From assembly GCA_950054255.1 (NCBI GenBank), contig CATLOR010000002.1:143106-207105 (forward strand): a DNA stretch of 64,000 nt. Direction: 5' to 3'. This DNA comes from an uncultured Rickettsiales bacterium. Its GTDB lineage: Bacteria > Pseudomonadota > Alphaproteobacteria > Micavibrionales > GCA-2720935. The position numbers were made by a program, and so were the translations under genes. Below the pieces are notes generated by a model. It saw only the letters and a program-made list of their open reading frames with translations, was not told the origin of the DNA and searched no databases. Shown piece after piece: positions 40,475-50,164 of this stretch. Numbering within the stretch: the stretch's first letter is position 1; every line of letters starts with the position of its first letter.

Positions 40475-42093
40475 TTTTTAACCTTAAATAATATTCTATT
40501 GTCTGTTTTAAATATCGGCTCAGCATACGCATTTAGAAGCGGGATGAGAAGCTCTTTTTTCTTAACTGTTGTATCAAAATAAATAAACTGCGCATTGGTT
40601 TCTTTTAGTAGTTCTTGTATTTTCTCCTCGGCACTTTCTCTGTCTGGTGATTTCAATAACTCGATTTTAGTTGTTTGGATTACCTCCCATTTTGAGTATG
40701 TTGAACTGTTTGTATAAATGAGAAAGTTTCTATCTTTTCGTGTGTAAGCAATTGGCTGATAAGCTTGGTATCGGAATGCAAGAGATTCGATGTCCATAAA
40801 TTTATCATTTCCAATAGGAAGAACTGGTTCTTTTAGGTTAAGGTTTTTTATAAAATTTATATGCTTTTGATTTTCTGCGCTATATGTCATTAAGGCATTA
40901 AGTTCAACAGCGCGATGCTCTTTTAATGTGGGTCTAATGAAGTAATGTAGGGGGTTTTTGTAAGCAACCAAAATCATGAATGCAGCAAATAAATAAACCC
41001 CAACCTTTTTGAAATCAGAGCATAAATAAATAATCCCAATAAGTGAGAGTGGGTAAATAAAACGCATATTGCGAATGAGATCAAATTGTAAAGGTGCTCT
41101 ATCAAACTGTTCAGCAATAAATTGATCAAATGTAGCAAGTCCAAGAGAGCCCAATATGATACCTGTTAAATATAGGCAAAGGAGATTTGCTTCATCGGAT
41201 TTACTTTTATAAAATCCTATATATCCTAAGATAATAACGGCCCAATCGAGTTTAGAGTTGAAAATAAGAGAAAGCGCATAATGACTATCTTGAAAATATT
41301 TTCCCACATGCGTATTAAGCATGCCCTCATTCATTGTATTGTCGTGTACAAAGGCGCTAAAATAGAGGTATATAAAAGGGGTTAAGAGGGCTATAAAAAA
41401 CAAAGAATTAAGAGTAAGATATTTTATGCGTTCCATCCATTTTTCATGGATATCAAAGGGCTTAAATAAAAGAGTGAAACCCAAGGAAAAGGCGAGTGTT
41501 GGAATGCTTACTGTGTGAAAATAAAAAGCAATTGAGAGCATTAAGAAAAGGAGCCACCAACGCGCTTTTTGATTTTCAAATTTTAAGAGAAAAATTAAGA
41601 AAAAAGGCAAGAAAGCGTTTACAAAAACGCGTGATATTGCCTCATAACTATATATGCCCCAATATTCTCCACCGCCAATATTAATATAAACAAGATTAGA
41701 GAGCGCTAAAATCAAAGCATAAGTTTGTTTTTGTGGAAATAAATAAAGGCCTAACCGATAAAAGCCACTCATCTGAAAATATAACAAAGGTATTATCAAT
41801 AAGTGAAATGAAAGCCCAATGTCTTGAGTGAAATGTGTGAGTATATAACCTATAGGAAGAAGAGCACTGATATAGAATTCATAGTTTTTAGGGTTTGAAT
41901 ATAGTAGGTCTTTTGCAAAAGATTCTTGATCAAACCATGTGGCAAGTATAGAAGCCACATTTCCCGCATCACTGCTTAAGAGTATATAGGGAGATGTGGT
42001 TTGAAATAGGAATGGGTAAGCAAAAAATGAAATTGCTATAATAAGAAATAGAAACGCTATTAAAAAAGGTTTTATGTGTGTGGTTTTTGTCAT
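40471..42093 (-). CDS. polytopic membrane protein (candidate GT-C-type glycosyltransferase or polymerase)
   Basis: About 540 aa with at least 10 predicted TM helices followed by a soluble C-terminal ~130 aa. First gene of the cluster. ATG at 42093 is preferred over the TTG at 42132. Confidence 0.5.
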   Translation of the reverse strand: MTKTTHIKPFLIAFLFLIIAISFFAYPFLFQTTSPYILLSSDAGNVASILATWFDQESFAKDLLYSNPKNYEFYISALLPIGYILTHFTQDIGLSFHLLIIPLLYFQMSGFYRLGLYLFPQKQTYALILALSNLVYINIGGGEYWGIYSYEAISRVFVNAFLPFFLIFLLKFENQKARWWLLFLMLSIAFYFHTVSIPTLAFSLGFTLLFKPFDIHEKWMERIKYLTLNSLFFIALLTPFIYLYFSAFVHDNTMNEGMLNTHVGKYFQDSHYALSLIFNSKLDWAVIILGYIGFYKSKSDEANLLCLYLTGIILGSLGLATFDQFIAEQFDRAPLQFDLIRNMRFIYPLSLIGIIYLCSDFKKVGVYLFAAFMILVAYKNPLHYFIRPTLKEHRAVELNALMTYSAENQKHINFIKNLNLKEPVLPIGNDKFMDIESLAFRYQAYQPIAYTRKDRNFLIYTNSSTYSKWEVIQTTKIELLKSPDRESAEEKIQELLKETNAQFIYFDTTVKKKELLIPLLNAYAEPIFKTDNRILFKVKK

Positions 42094-42200
42094 GTTTTTA
42101 AAGCTTCTTTTTATTTTCTCTTGAAGAATCAAAATTATCGTAAAAGAATAGAGTAACTATACACAGAGTTCTTTAATTCAAATAAGGGTTTTTTATCATT

Positions 42201-42983
42201 ATGATCTCAGGATTGAAAAAATATTGTTTATTGGCGGCTTTGTCAGCCTCAATTTGTTTACCAACTTATACTGCACAGGCTGAGGATCTTGATTACCATC
42301 AAGGCGGATATACATTCCCTGGAGAGTTCACGCTTTCACTCGCTTTGGCAAGTGAATATTCTTTTAGGGGGCTTTCTTATACAAATGAAGAACCAGCTTA
42401 TCAAGGATCTTTAGACTATAAGCATGAAACAGGCTTTTATTTAGGTGTGTGGGCAAGCTCTGTGGATTTAGGGACAACTCGTGATGAGGTATCTAGCGAA
42501 GTTGATTTCTATACAGGGATGTTATTTGATTTAGGCGCAGGTGTTACTTGGGATCTTGGTGCAACATATTACATGTATCCTGGTTCAAGTGATATTAGAA
42601 ACAGTTATAATTTCTATGAATATCGTACATCTCTTCAAAGAGATTTTGGTGTTTTTGATGCTAAAGCCGGTGTGCATTATGCACCCAACTTTTTTGGTGA
42701 CTCAGGAAACGCGGTTTATTCATATATAGATGCAAATGTGCCTATTTATGATGATTTCTATGGTACATTACATTACGGCTATCAAACGATTGCAAGAGAA
42801 CAGGCAAATTTCGGCTATCCTAACTATGGAGAATGGTCTGCTGGGGTTGGTTATGATGTGTATGGATTCTCGTTCAACGCTTTTTATCATGATACAGATC
42901 TTGATGAAAACACATGTAATGATCGTTGTAATGGATCAGTTACATTTAGCGTTGGCCGTACATTCACATTGTGGAGTAAGTAA
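42201..42983 (+). CDS. TorF-family putative outer-membrane porin (TIGR02001-like)
   Basis: Signal peptide ending AQA. Beta-strand-rich, aromatic-rich, terminal W-S-K. GEFTLSLALASEYSFRGLSYTNEEPAYQGSLDY resembles that family as I remember it. Confidence 0.6.
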   Translation: MISGLKKYCLLAALSASICLPTYTAQAEDLDYHQGGYTFPGEFTLSLALASEYSFRGLSYTNEEPAYQGSLDYKHETGFYLGVWASSVDLGTTRDEVSSEVDFYTGMLFDLGAGVTWDLGATYYMYPGSSDIRNSYNFYEYRTSLQRDFGVFDAKAGVHYAPNFFGDSGNAVYSYIDANVPIYDDFYGTLHYGYQTIAREQANFGYPNYGEWSAGVGYDVYGFSFNAFYHDTDLDENTCNDRCNGSVTFSVGRTFTLWSK

Positions 42984-43005
42984 AATTTTATAATTGTCAT
43001 GTGTT

Positions 43006-43044
43006 AAAGTGGTTTTGAGAAGGTCAGAACCACTTTAATTTTTT
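43006..43044 (+). terminator. putative rho-independent terminator of the porin gene, overlapping the zntB 3' end
   Basis: AAAGTGGTT-13 nt loop-AACCACTTT perfect 9-bp stem, followed by AATTTTTT. Confidence 0.5.
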
Positions 43045-44010
43045 GAAGATAAAGACTTGTACAACAATAAGCGTACCCATCAAGATACATGTGACTGTGA
43101 AAGCGTTTTCGTCTTCTGTACCAGGGATTCCTCCAACGTTAATTCCTAATAGGCCTGTTAAAAACCCGAGTGGAAGAAAGATAGCGGCAATTACAGACAA
43201 GATATACATATTTTTATTAAGGCGGTCTGCTAACATGTTTGCAAGTTCGTCTTTTACAATTTGCGCACGCTCTCTAATAGAGTCGAGGTCTTCAACATAA
43301 CGTGTCACATGGTTATAGCTTTCTTGAAGATGGCGTTTATGTGCTTCGTTAATCCAGCTAATATTAGACATTCGTAATTGGTCAATCGCATCACGTTGAG
43401 GCATCATGTAACGTCTAAACATGATGGCTTTTTTACGTGTTTCAATAATGGACTGACGCAAAGAGGTATCGACATCGTCTTCTAAGATAAGTTCTTCAAT
43501 TTCATCGGTTGTGTCATCTAATCCACTTAAAATAGGCTCCATTCTCTCAAATAAACGTGCACAGATGAGGGATAGGAATTCACCAGAGTCTTTAGGGCCT
43601 TTTCCTTCTTCTAAGAGTGTCGCGATGTCTTTAATTGCTTTCACATTTCTACGTGTTATAGAAATAATTCTATGATTATCAATCCATAAACGGATAGAAA
43701 CCATATCTTCGGGAGCAGCATTCTCATTCAGATTCACGCCTCTTAAAATAAGAAGTACACCATCTTTAATAGCTGTCATACGCGGGCGTGTTTCTTCTGC
43801 GAGAAGTGCTTTTACAATAAAAGGATCTAGGTATGATAATTCTTCTTCTAACCACTCCGAAGTTTCTGGATGGTTGCCATCAAAATGCACCCATGCTAAT
43901 TGATCATCTTTGATTGTGTGGGCAACGGCGCTACCTTCTAAGGGGGCTCCAAATCCGTTGTAGTCAAAGTCATAAGCAAATAGAATAGATTTAGTCATAG
44001 CTCTCTCCAT
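43024..44010 (-). CDS. zntB: CorA-superfamily zinc transporter ZntB-like
   Basis: 328 aa. Two C-terminal TM helices with LTGLLGINVGGIPG (the ZntB-type GxN loop). Confidence 0.75.
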   Translation of the reverse strand: MERAMTKSILFAYDFDYNGFGAPLEGSAVAHTIKDDQLAWVHFDGNHPETSEWLEEELSYLDPFIVKALLAEETRPRMTAIKDGVLLILRGVNLNENAAPEDMVSIRLWIDNHRIISITRRNVKAIKDIATLLEEGKGPKDSGEFLSLICARLFERMEPILSGLDDTTDEIEELILEDDVDTSLRQSIIETRKKAIMFRRYMMPQRDAIDQLRMSNISWINEAHKRHLQESYNHVTRYVEDLDSIRERAQIVKDELANMLADRLNKNMYILSVIAAIFLPLGFLTGLLGINVGGIPGTEDENAFTVTCILMGTLIVVQVFIFKKLKWF

Positions 44011-44067
44011 GTTTAATAATCTTGTAAATCACTATATTAAGAAAAAATTCAAATTCATAGAACCTAT

Positions 44068-45363
44068 TTATTCTTTGTTTTTGAATAAAATTGTGCGCAA
44101 AAGCCAAAAGAAGAAGAGGTTAAATAAGGCGATTGACCCTAAAATATCAGTTACATGCATATCGTAATAATACATGATTAAAATTATAAGGCTTGAAATA
44201 ACCATATAAAGAGCATTTAAGATATTATTAGACGCGATAATACGTGCCATATATTTTTCATCTGCATAATGCTGCATTAATGTATATAGTGGCACAACAT
44301 AAATACCGGCAAAAAACGCAAGAAAAAATAAACTCAGTAAAATAGAATAACTGATAAAGCTATAGTCTATAAAAGAGAATAAGTTGACGGGCGGTGCTGA
44401 AAATACAGGTGTATAAAAAGAAGATGAAATCCAGAAGATAAAAATAGAAAGGCTCATACCGCTAAGCCCCCAAGGAATTAAATCGCCATTTATCTGACCC
44501 TTTGAAAAGCGAGCACAAATCAAAGACCCTATTGCAATGCCAATTGTAAATAATGCTAGAAAACTGGTCACCACGGTTTCATTACCGTTTAACACTGTTT
44601 TGGTGTACAAGGGGAGTTGCGTTAGAAAAGTTGCTCCTAAAAGCCAAAACCATGATATACCAATAATAGATGTCCAAACTTTTGTATTACTCTTTGCAAT
44701 TAGAAGGACATTTTTTGTTTCACGTATAATATTAAGATGAGGTTTTGATTTTTTGTCACCGATAATTGTTTCTGGAATAAATAAACTAGAAACCCAACCA
44801 CTAATAGAGAATAAAATCACAGAAAATGAAAAGATAGCAATACCATTTTCCACTCTTATTATTAATCCTCCATAAATCGTTCCTATTAAAATAGATAAAA
44901 AAGTGCCAGCTTCTATTAAAGAATTCCCAGCCAAAAGTTCTTGTTTCTTTAAATGTTCTGGCAGAAGACTGAATTTGATAGGACCAAAAAAAGTTGATTG
45001 AACACCCATTAGGAAGAGAAGGGCAAGAAGGGCATATATGCTTCCTGTCATAAAGGCAATTGAACAGCAAATCATGAGCAGGATTTCTATTTTTTTAATT
45101 GTTTTTGTAAGAATGTGTTTTTGATTGTTGTCAGCAAGTTGTCCTGCGGTTGCTGAAAAAAATAAATAAGGAAGAATAAAAACAGCACCAGCAATTGTGA
45201 TCATAGCTGGCGTACTTATCCCTGTTGTGTTAATGGCGTCATAGGTGAACCAAATTAAAAAGGCATTTTTAAATGCATTATCATTAAATGCGCCTAAAAA
45301 TTGCGTTATAAAAAGAGGGAAAAATCTTTTTGTTTTTAAAAGTTTGATAAGCGTATTGTTCAA
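44068..45363 (-). CDS. MFS transporter, lysophospholipid transporter LplT-like
   Basis: 431 aa, 12 TM. N-terminal FFPLFITQFLGAFNDNAFKNA resembles LplT. TTG start. Confidence 0.65.
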   Translation of the reverse strand: MNNTLIKLLKTKRFFPLFITQFLGAFNDNAFKNAFLIWFTYDAINTTGISTPAMITIAGAVFILPYLFFSATAGQLADNNQKHILTKTIKKIEILLMICCSIAFMTGSIYALLALLFLMGVQSTFFGPIKFSLLPEHLKKQELLAGNSLIEAGTFLSILIGTIYGGLIIRVENGIAIFSFSVILFSISGWVSSLFIPETIIGDKKSKPHLNIIRETKNVLLIAKSNTKVWTSIIGISWFWLLGATFLTQLPLYTKTVLNGNETVVTSFLALFTIGIAIGSLICARFSKGQINGDLIPWGLSGMSLSIFIFWISSSFYTPVFSAPPVNLFSFIDYSFISYSILLSLFFLAFFAGIYVVPLYTLMQHYADEKYMARIIASNNILNALYMVISSLIILIMYYYDMHVTDILGSIALFNLFFFWLLRTILFKNKE

Positions 45364-45447
45364 TAGGAGCTCCCACTTTGTATTTCGTACTTAATAAATA
45401 TAGGATTCATTTTAGAATATGAACTCATTAAGTTAAAGGAGAATGCA

Positions 45448-45492
45448 ATGAAACCACGAATTAATATGATTGCGTTAGGTGTAGAGACTTAA
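45448..45492 (+). pseudogene. 14-codon remnant resembling the N-terminus of a VOC/glyoxalase-family protein
   Basis: AAAGGAG SD followed by ATG, encoding MKPRINMIALGVET then a stop. The gene ends abruptly about 30 nt from the IS boundary. Confidence 0.3.
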
Positions 45493-45520
45493 TGATTTTA
45501 TTGAATAAGAAAGTAGTGGC

Positions 45521-46326
45521 GGTGATGTCAGACTAAATCGAACTATTCTCCAAAAGCATACTACGTCAAGTTTTAGGCTACAAGAATTTCATTCCACGCA
45601 TCAAGCGAGGATTGTCTTAAATCTTTAAATGTGTCTCTTTTTTCGTTGTGTCTTTCGTGATTAAAATAGTTTTGGAATTGCGATTGTATCGCGGTGAATT
45701 TTTGAAGGGATCCCATTGATCGGAACCTGTTCATGATTTTTTCTCGCCGTCGAAAATGGAGGTGAGAGTTTTCAACTAAGTTGTTTTTATAGCGTGTCGT
45801 ATTTTGTGAAAATTTCATATTCATGCGCTGTAAAGCAGCACCATAAGAGCCCAATTTATCTGTAATAATTTCTCTTGGTTTCCCGTGTTGTGAGACTAGT
45901 TTCTTAAGCACCTTAAGGGCGGCACGCCGATCCCGCTTTTTCGTTACGTAACAATCTAAAACCGTTCCTTCATGGTCAATCGCTCGCCATAAGTAATGTA
46001 ACTCACCATTAATTTTGACGAATACCTCGTCGATGTGCCATCGCCATTTCGATGGGGCATGGCTACGTTTTTTCTTTAGCTCTTTGGCAATAATGGGACC
46101 CAGATGGTTCCACCAATATCGAACCGTTTCATGACAAATATCAATACCACGTTCATACAAAATATCTTCAACATTTCGTAAGCTGAGTGGATAACGAACG
46201 TAATATTGCACAGCTAATTTGATGATTTCAGGGCTGGTTTTATAGTATTTAAAGGGATCTATTTTACTCATATCAGATTTTATCATGTTATATTTTTCAA
46301 AAACATCGTTTTAATCTGACAAGACC
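45521..46326 (-). mobile_element. IS6-family insertion sequence, copy 1 (806 bp)
   Basis: Terminal inverted repeats GGTGATGTCAGACTAAATCGA (45521...) and GGTCTTGTCAGATTAAAACGA (reverse complement ending at 46326). Single transposase ORF. Confidence 0.9.
45573..46286 (-). CDS. IS6-family transposase (DDE)
   Basis: 237 aa, the size and sequence style of IS26/IS6 Tnp (WRWHIDEVFVKINGELHYLWRAIDHEG..., ITDKLGSYGAA...NNLVENSH). Confidence 0.9.
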   Translation of the reverse strand: MIKSDMSKIDPFKYYKTSPEIIKLAVQYYVRYPLSLRNVEDILYERGIDICHETVRYWWNHLGPIIAKELKKKRSHAPSKWRWHIDEVFVKINGELHYLWRAIDHEGTVLDCYVTKKRDRRAALKVLKKLVSQHGKPREIITDKLGSYGAALQRMNMKFSQNTTRYKNNLVENSHLHFRRREKIMNRFRSMGSLQKFTAIQSQFQNYFNHERHNEKRDTFKDLRQSSLDAWNEILVA

Positions 46327-46641
46327 ATTTTGACAAATATCTCGTCGATGTGCCATCGCCATTTCGAAGGTGCATGGTTACGTTTTTTCTTTAGCTCTTT
46401 TGCAATAATAGGACCTAAATGATTCCACCAATAACGAACCGTCTCATGACAAATATCAATGCCACGCTCATGCAAAATGTCTTCAACATTTCGCAGACTA
46501 AGCGGATAACGAACGTAATATTGTACCGCTAGTTTGATAATTTCAGGACTGGTTTTATAGTATTTGAAAGGATCTATTTTGCTCATAAGTAAGTCTATCA
46601 TGAACAGAATTAGGAAAACGTTATTTTAGTCTGACAAGACC
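46327..46641 (-). mobile_element. truncated older IS6-family copy (upstream IR plus 5' ~270 nt of tnp), interrupted by copy 1
   Basis: Own IR GGTCTTGTCAGACTAAAATAACG (reverse complement ending at 46641). The 96-aa ORF 46311-46601 matches Tnp residues 1 to ~90, then reads into the IR of copy 1 (...FVKMVLSD stop). Its nucleotide sequence is diverged from copy 1. Confidence 0.85.
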
Positions 46642-46654
46642 CTCATGGTTAGCC

Positions 46655-48835
46655 TCATATTTTTGTTAAATTTAAACGCAGCGCATTGCCGACTACGCTG
46701 ACGGAACTCAGCGACATGGCGGCAGCGGCGAAAATGGGTGAGAGTAAAATCCCGAAGACCGGATACAAAACACCTGCGGCAATCGGCACGCCCGCAGCGT
46801 TATAGATAAACGCGAAAAACAGGTTCTGCCGGATATTGCGCATGGTGGCGCGGGAGAGATTGATCGCCTCGGCAATACCGTTTAAATCACCGCGCAGCAG
46901 CGTTACGCCCGCGCTTTCCATGGCAACATCGGTTCCGGTTCCCATGGCAATACCGACATGCGCAGCCGCCAGTGCGGGCGCATCATTCACACCGTCTCCG
47001 GCCATGGCCACGACTGCGCCTTTATCACGCAGCTCTCCGACAATGCGGCTTTTATCCTCCGGCATTACATCGGCATGCACTTCATCAATGCCGAGCTTTT
47101 CTGCCACCGCGCGGGCGGTCGTTTCGTTATCTCCGGTCAGCATCACGATCTTTAAACCCGCTTTATGAAGGTTTTGAATAGCCTCCGGCGTGGTATCTTT
47201 GATCGGGTCGGAGACGGCAATAACGCCCGCCGCCTTGCCGTTCACGGCCACAAACATGGCTGTCGCGCCTTGCGCCCGTAAATTATCCGCTCCTTCCGTA
47301 AGGGGCGTTATATCCGCGCCTATGGCTTCCATCATTTTACTGTTACCAAGCGCGACCTTGGCACCGCTGACCTGACCTTTCACGCCTTTGCCTGTTATGG
47401 CCTCAAAATCCAGCGCTTTGGGCAATTCCAGATCCTGATCATGGGCGGCGCGGACAATCGCCTCGGCCAGCGGGTGTTCACTGCCTTGTTCCAACGCCGC
47501 AGAAATGGTGAGCAACTCGCTCTCCTCAAAGCCGTCTGCAGTGATAATATCGGTCAGGGCCGGTCGGCCTTGTGTGAGCGTTCCTGTTTTATCGACAATC
47601 AGCGTGTCCACCTTTTCCATGGTTTCCAGCGCTTCGGCGTCTTTGATCAAAACACCAGCCTTTGCGCCGCGACCGACGCCCACCATAATCGACATGGGCG
47701 TGGCCAGTCCCAAAGCGCACGGACAGGCGATAATCAAAACGCTGACGGCGGCAATCAAGGCGTAGCTAAAGGCCGGAGCTGGGCCAACCAGCGACCAGAC
47801 AATAAAGGCGATGATGGCGATCACAATGACAATCGGCACAAACCAGCCCGCGACGAGGTCGGCCATGCGCTGAATAGGAGCGCGGCTCCGCTGCGCGTCC
47901 GCCACCATTTTAACGATCTGCGCCAGCATCGTATCGCGCCCGACTTTTTCAGCGCGGATAATGATCGAGCCGTTGGCGTTGACCGTGGCTCCTATAACCT
48001 TGGATCCGGCCTGTTTTTCGACAGGCATCGGTTCGCCTGTGACCATGGATTCATCAATATGGCTGCTGCCTTCACTCACAACGCCGTCCACTGGCACTTT
48101 TTCGCCTGGACGGATCCGCAAATGGTCACCGACCTGAATATCTTCGATGGCAATTTCCTGCGCATCGCCGTTGTCATCAATCCGGTGTGCGGTTTTGGGG
48201 GCCAGCCCCAGCAAGGCTTTAATCGCACCGCCTGTGCGTTCCCGCGCTTTAAGCTCCAGTATTTGCCCCAGCAAGACCAAAGTCACGATCACCGCCGCCG
48301 CTTCAAAATATACTGGCACTGCGCCGCTTTCGCCCCTGAAGGAATCGGGGAAGATATCCGGCGTGACAGTTGCCGCAACGCTGTAAATCCACGCTACGCC
48401 CGTTCCCATAGCGATCAGTGTGAACATATTGAGGTTGCGGCTTTTGACCGATGCCCAGCCGCGTTCAAAGAACGGCCAGCCCGCCCATAAAACAACAGGC
48501 GTGGCGAGGACAAGCTGGATCCAGTTGGAAGTCGTGCCGTCCATAAACTCATGAAAGCCCAGCAAGTGAGATCCCATCTCCAGAATAAAGACCGGAATGG
48601 TGAGGATCAGACCGACCCAGAACCGTCGCCTGAAATCCGTCAGATCTGGGTTTTCGCCTTCATCGCCCGTCATCGTTTCCGGCTCAAGCGCCATGCCGCA
48701 TATGGGGCAAGTCCCAGGGCCTTTTTGAATGACCTCTGGGTGCATCGGGCAGATATAGGTGATCTCGTTCGGATCCACGCCCTCTGGCAGCGGAGCTGGC
48801 TCTTTATGCTCGTGGCTGTGGCAACAATCGCTCAT
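46655..48835 (-). CDS. copA: copper/silver-translocating P1B-type ATPase
   Basis: CPC ([13 protein letters not shown]), [21 protein letters not shown]. The N-terminus has CCHSHEH and a CPMHPEV...CPICGM zinc-ribbon-like metal-binding motif instead of a classical GMTCxxC HMA domain. Confidence 0.9.
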   Translation of the reverse strand: MSDCCHSHEHKEPAPLPEGVDPNEITYICPMHPEVIQKGPGTCPICGMALEPETMTGDEGENPDLTDFRRRFWVGLILTIPVFILEMGSHLLGFHEFMDGTTSNWIQLVLATPVVLWAGWPFFERGWASVKSRNLNMFTLIAMGTGVAWIYSVAATVTPDIFPDSFRGESGAVPVYFEAAAVIVTLVLLGQILELKARERTGGAIKALLGLAPKTAHRIDDNGDAQEIAIEDIQVGDHLRIRPGEKVPVDGVVSEGSSHIDESMVTGEPMPVEKQAGSKVIGATVNANGSIIIRAEKVGRDTMLAQIVKMVADAQRSRAPIQRMADLVAGWFVPIVIVIAIIAFIVWSLVGPAPAFSYALIAAVSVLIIACPCALGLATPMSIMVGVGRGAKAGVLIKDAEALETMEKVDTLIVDKTGTLTQGRPALTDIITADGFEESELLTISAALEQGSEHPLAEAIVRAAHDQDLELPKALDFEAITGKGVKGQVSGAKVALGNSKMMEAIGADITPLTEGADNLRAQGATAMFVAVNGKAAGVIAVSDPIKDTTPEAIQNLHKAGLKIVMLTGDNETTARAVAEKLGIDEVHADVMPEDKSRIVGELRDKGAVVAMAGDGVNDAPALAAAHVGIAMGTGTDVAMESAGVTLLRGDLNGIAEAINLSRATMRNIRQNLFFAFIYNAAGVPIAAGVLYPVFGILLSPIFAAAAMSLSSVSVVGNALRLNLTKI

Positions 48836-48838
48836 GGT

Positions 48839-50164
48839 TTATTCCTTTTCTTCTTTGTAATGTTTGAGGAAGATACGCTCTCCGGCGAAAATGAAGATCA
48901 TCGCCGCAATAGAGACATAAATAACCAGCATGTCGCTTTGCGCTTTCATCCATAAAAACGCGCCCAGCACCACCACATCCATGACGATGGCGGTGATTAG
49001 CACAAAGGCGTTGGCATTGATCTTGTGGCGCAAATACCGAAACACGCCCCAATGGACGGCTATATCCATGACGAGGTAGAAAATAGCGCCCAGCGATGCG
49101 ATCCGGCTGAGATCAAAAAATATGGTCAGGAACATGGCCAGTGCAATCGTGTACACCAGCGTATGTTTTTGAATGTCACCAGGCATCCCGAAATGGCTGT
49201 GCGGCACCAGCTTCATATCGGTGAGCATCGCCAGCATGCGTGAGACGGCAAAAGCACTGGCAATCACGCCGGAGACGGTGGCTATAATCGCCAGCACGAC
49301 CGTAAACCACAGGCCGAAATCACCAAAGGCCGGACGCGCTGCTTCCGCCAGGGCGAAGTTTTTCGCCGCGATAATTTCCGGCAGCGATAAATTCATCGAC
49401 ACCGCCATAGCGACCAGAAAGTAAACAACCACGCAAATTACAATGGAGAGAATAATCGCCCGCCCAACATTGCGGTGCGGATCCACAATCTCCGAGCCGC
49501 TATTGGTGATGGTGGTAAAGCCTTTATAGGCAAGAATGGCCAGAGCTACTGCCGCCAAAAACCCGACAGCGCTGCCGCTGTCTGCGGGCGCAGCGGTCAT
49601 GTTTTCAAAAGAAATGCCGGAAATCCATAGCCCCGCAATCCCGAATGCGGCAATCCCGCCGATCTTTAAGAGCGACATGACAAAGGAAAACGTCCCGATC
49701 ATGCGGTTGCCGGAAATGTTGATGATGAAGGCGAAGATTAATAATCCCACGCCAAGCGCCGGAACGAGCCAGCTATTCTGGTCGATATCAAAGAGCTGTA
49801 GGGTATAGGTGCCAAAGGTGCGGGCCACTAGGCTCTCATTGATGACCATGGAGAAATACATCAATAGCCCGCAAGCGGCTGTAATGGTGCCTTTGCCATA
49901 GGCTTTTTCTAAAAACATGGCGATCCCGCCCGCAGATGGGAACGCATTGGACATTTTCACATAGGAATAAGCGCTAAACGCGGTAATGACCGCTGCCACC
50001 AAAAATGCGAGAGGAAAGTGCGGGCCGGCCAGCTCCGCAATTTGTCCGGTCAGGGCGAAAATTCCTGCGCCAATAATCACGGCTGTCCCCATAGAGACAG
50101 CCCCGATCAGGCTTAAGCTGTTTTCTTTATACTGCGCGGCTTTGCCGTGTTGTGAATGATCCAT
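48839..50164 (-). CDS. APC-superfamily permease (amino acid/polyamine type)
   Basis: 441 aa, about 12 TM, glycine-rich helices typical of the APC fold. Sits 3 nt upstream of copA. Confidence 0.7.
   Translation of the reverse strand: MDHSQHGKAAQYKENSLSLIGAVSMGTAVIIGAGIFALTGQIAELAGPHFPLAFLVAAVITAFSAYSYVKMSNAFPSAGGIAMFLEKAYGKGTITAACGLLMYFSMVINESLVARTFGTYTLQLFDIDQNSWLVPALGVGLLIFAFIINISGNRMIGTFSFVMSLLKIGGIAAFGIAGLWISGISFENMTAAPADSGSAVGFLAAVALAILAYKGFTTITNSGSEIVDPHRNVGRAIILSIVICVVVYFLVAMAVSMNLSLPEIIAAKNFALAEAARPAFGDFGLWFTVVLAIIATVSGVIASAFAVSRMLAMLTDMKLVPHSHFGMPGDIQKHTLVYTIALAMFLTIFFDLSRIASLGAIFYLVMDIAVHWGVFRYLRHKINANAFVLITAIVMDVVVLGAFLWMKAQSDMLVIYVSIAAMIFIFAGERIFLKHYKEEKE

Noticed and set aside
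36107-42200. The idea that the glycan cluster is a tRNA-Glu-integrated genomic island
   Set aside because: No integrase gene is present. I found no direct repeat of the tRNA-Glu 3' end at the distal side (42133-42200). Composition looks like the rest of the core region.
47441-48490. 349-aa plus-strand ORF (and many other 60-140-aa ORFs) antisense to copA
   Set aside because: Its composition is Arg/Gly/Ala/His-rich junk typical of shadow frames in high-G+C DNA. It is fully nested antisense to a P-type ATPase that has all catalytic motifs.
48839-50164. Reinterpreting the APC permease as a mis-called metal transporter
   Set aside because: The sequence style (12 TM, Gly-rich APC helices, no Met/His/Cys metal motifs) fits an organic-substrate permease. 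It is kept as APC, and its presence in the operon is reported as a finding instead.
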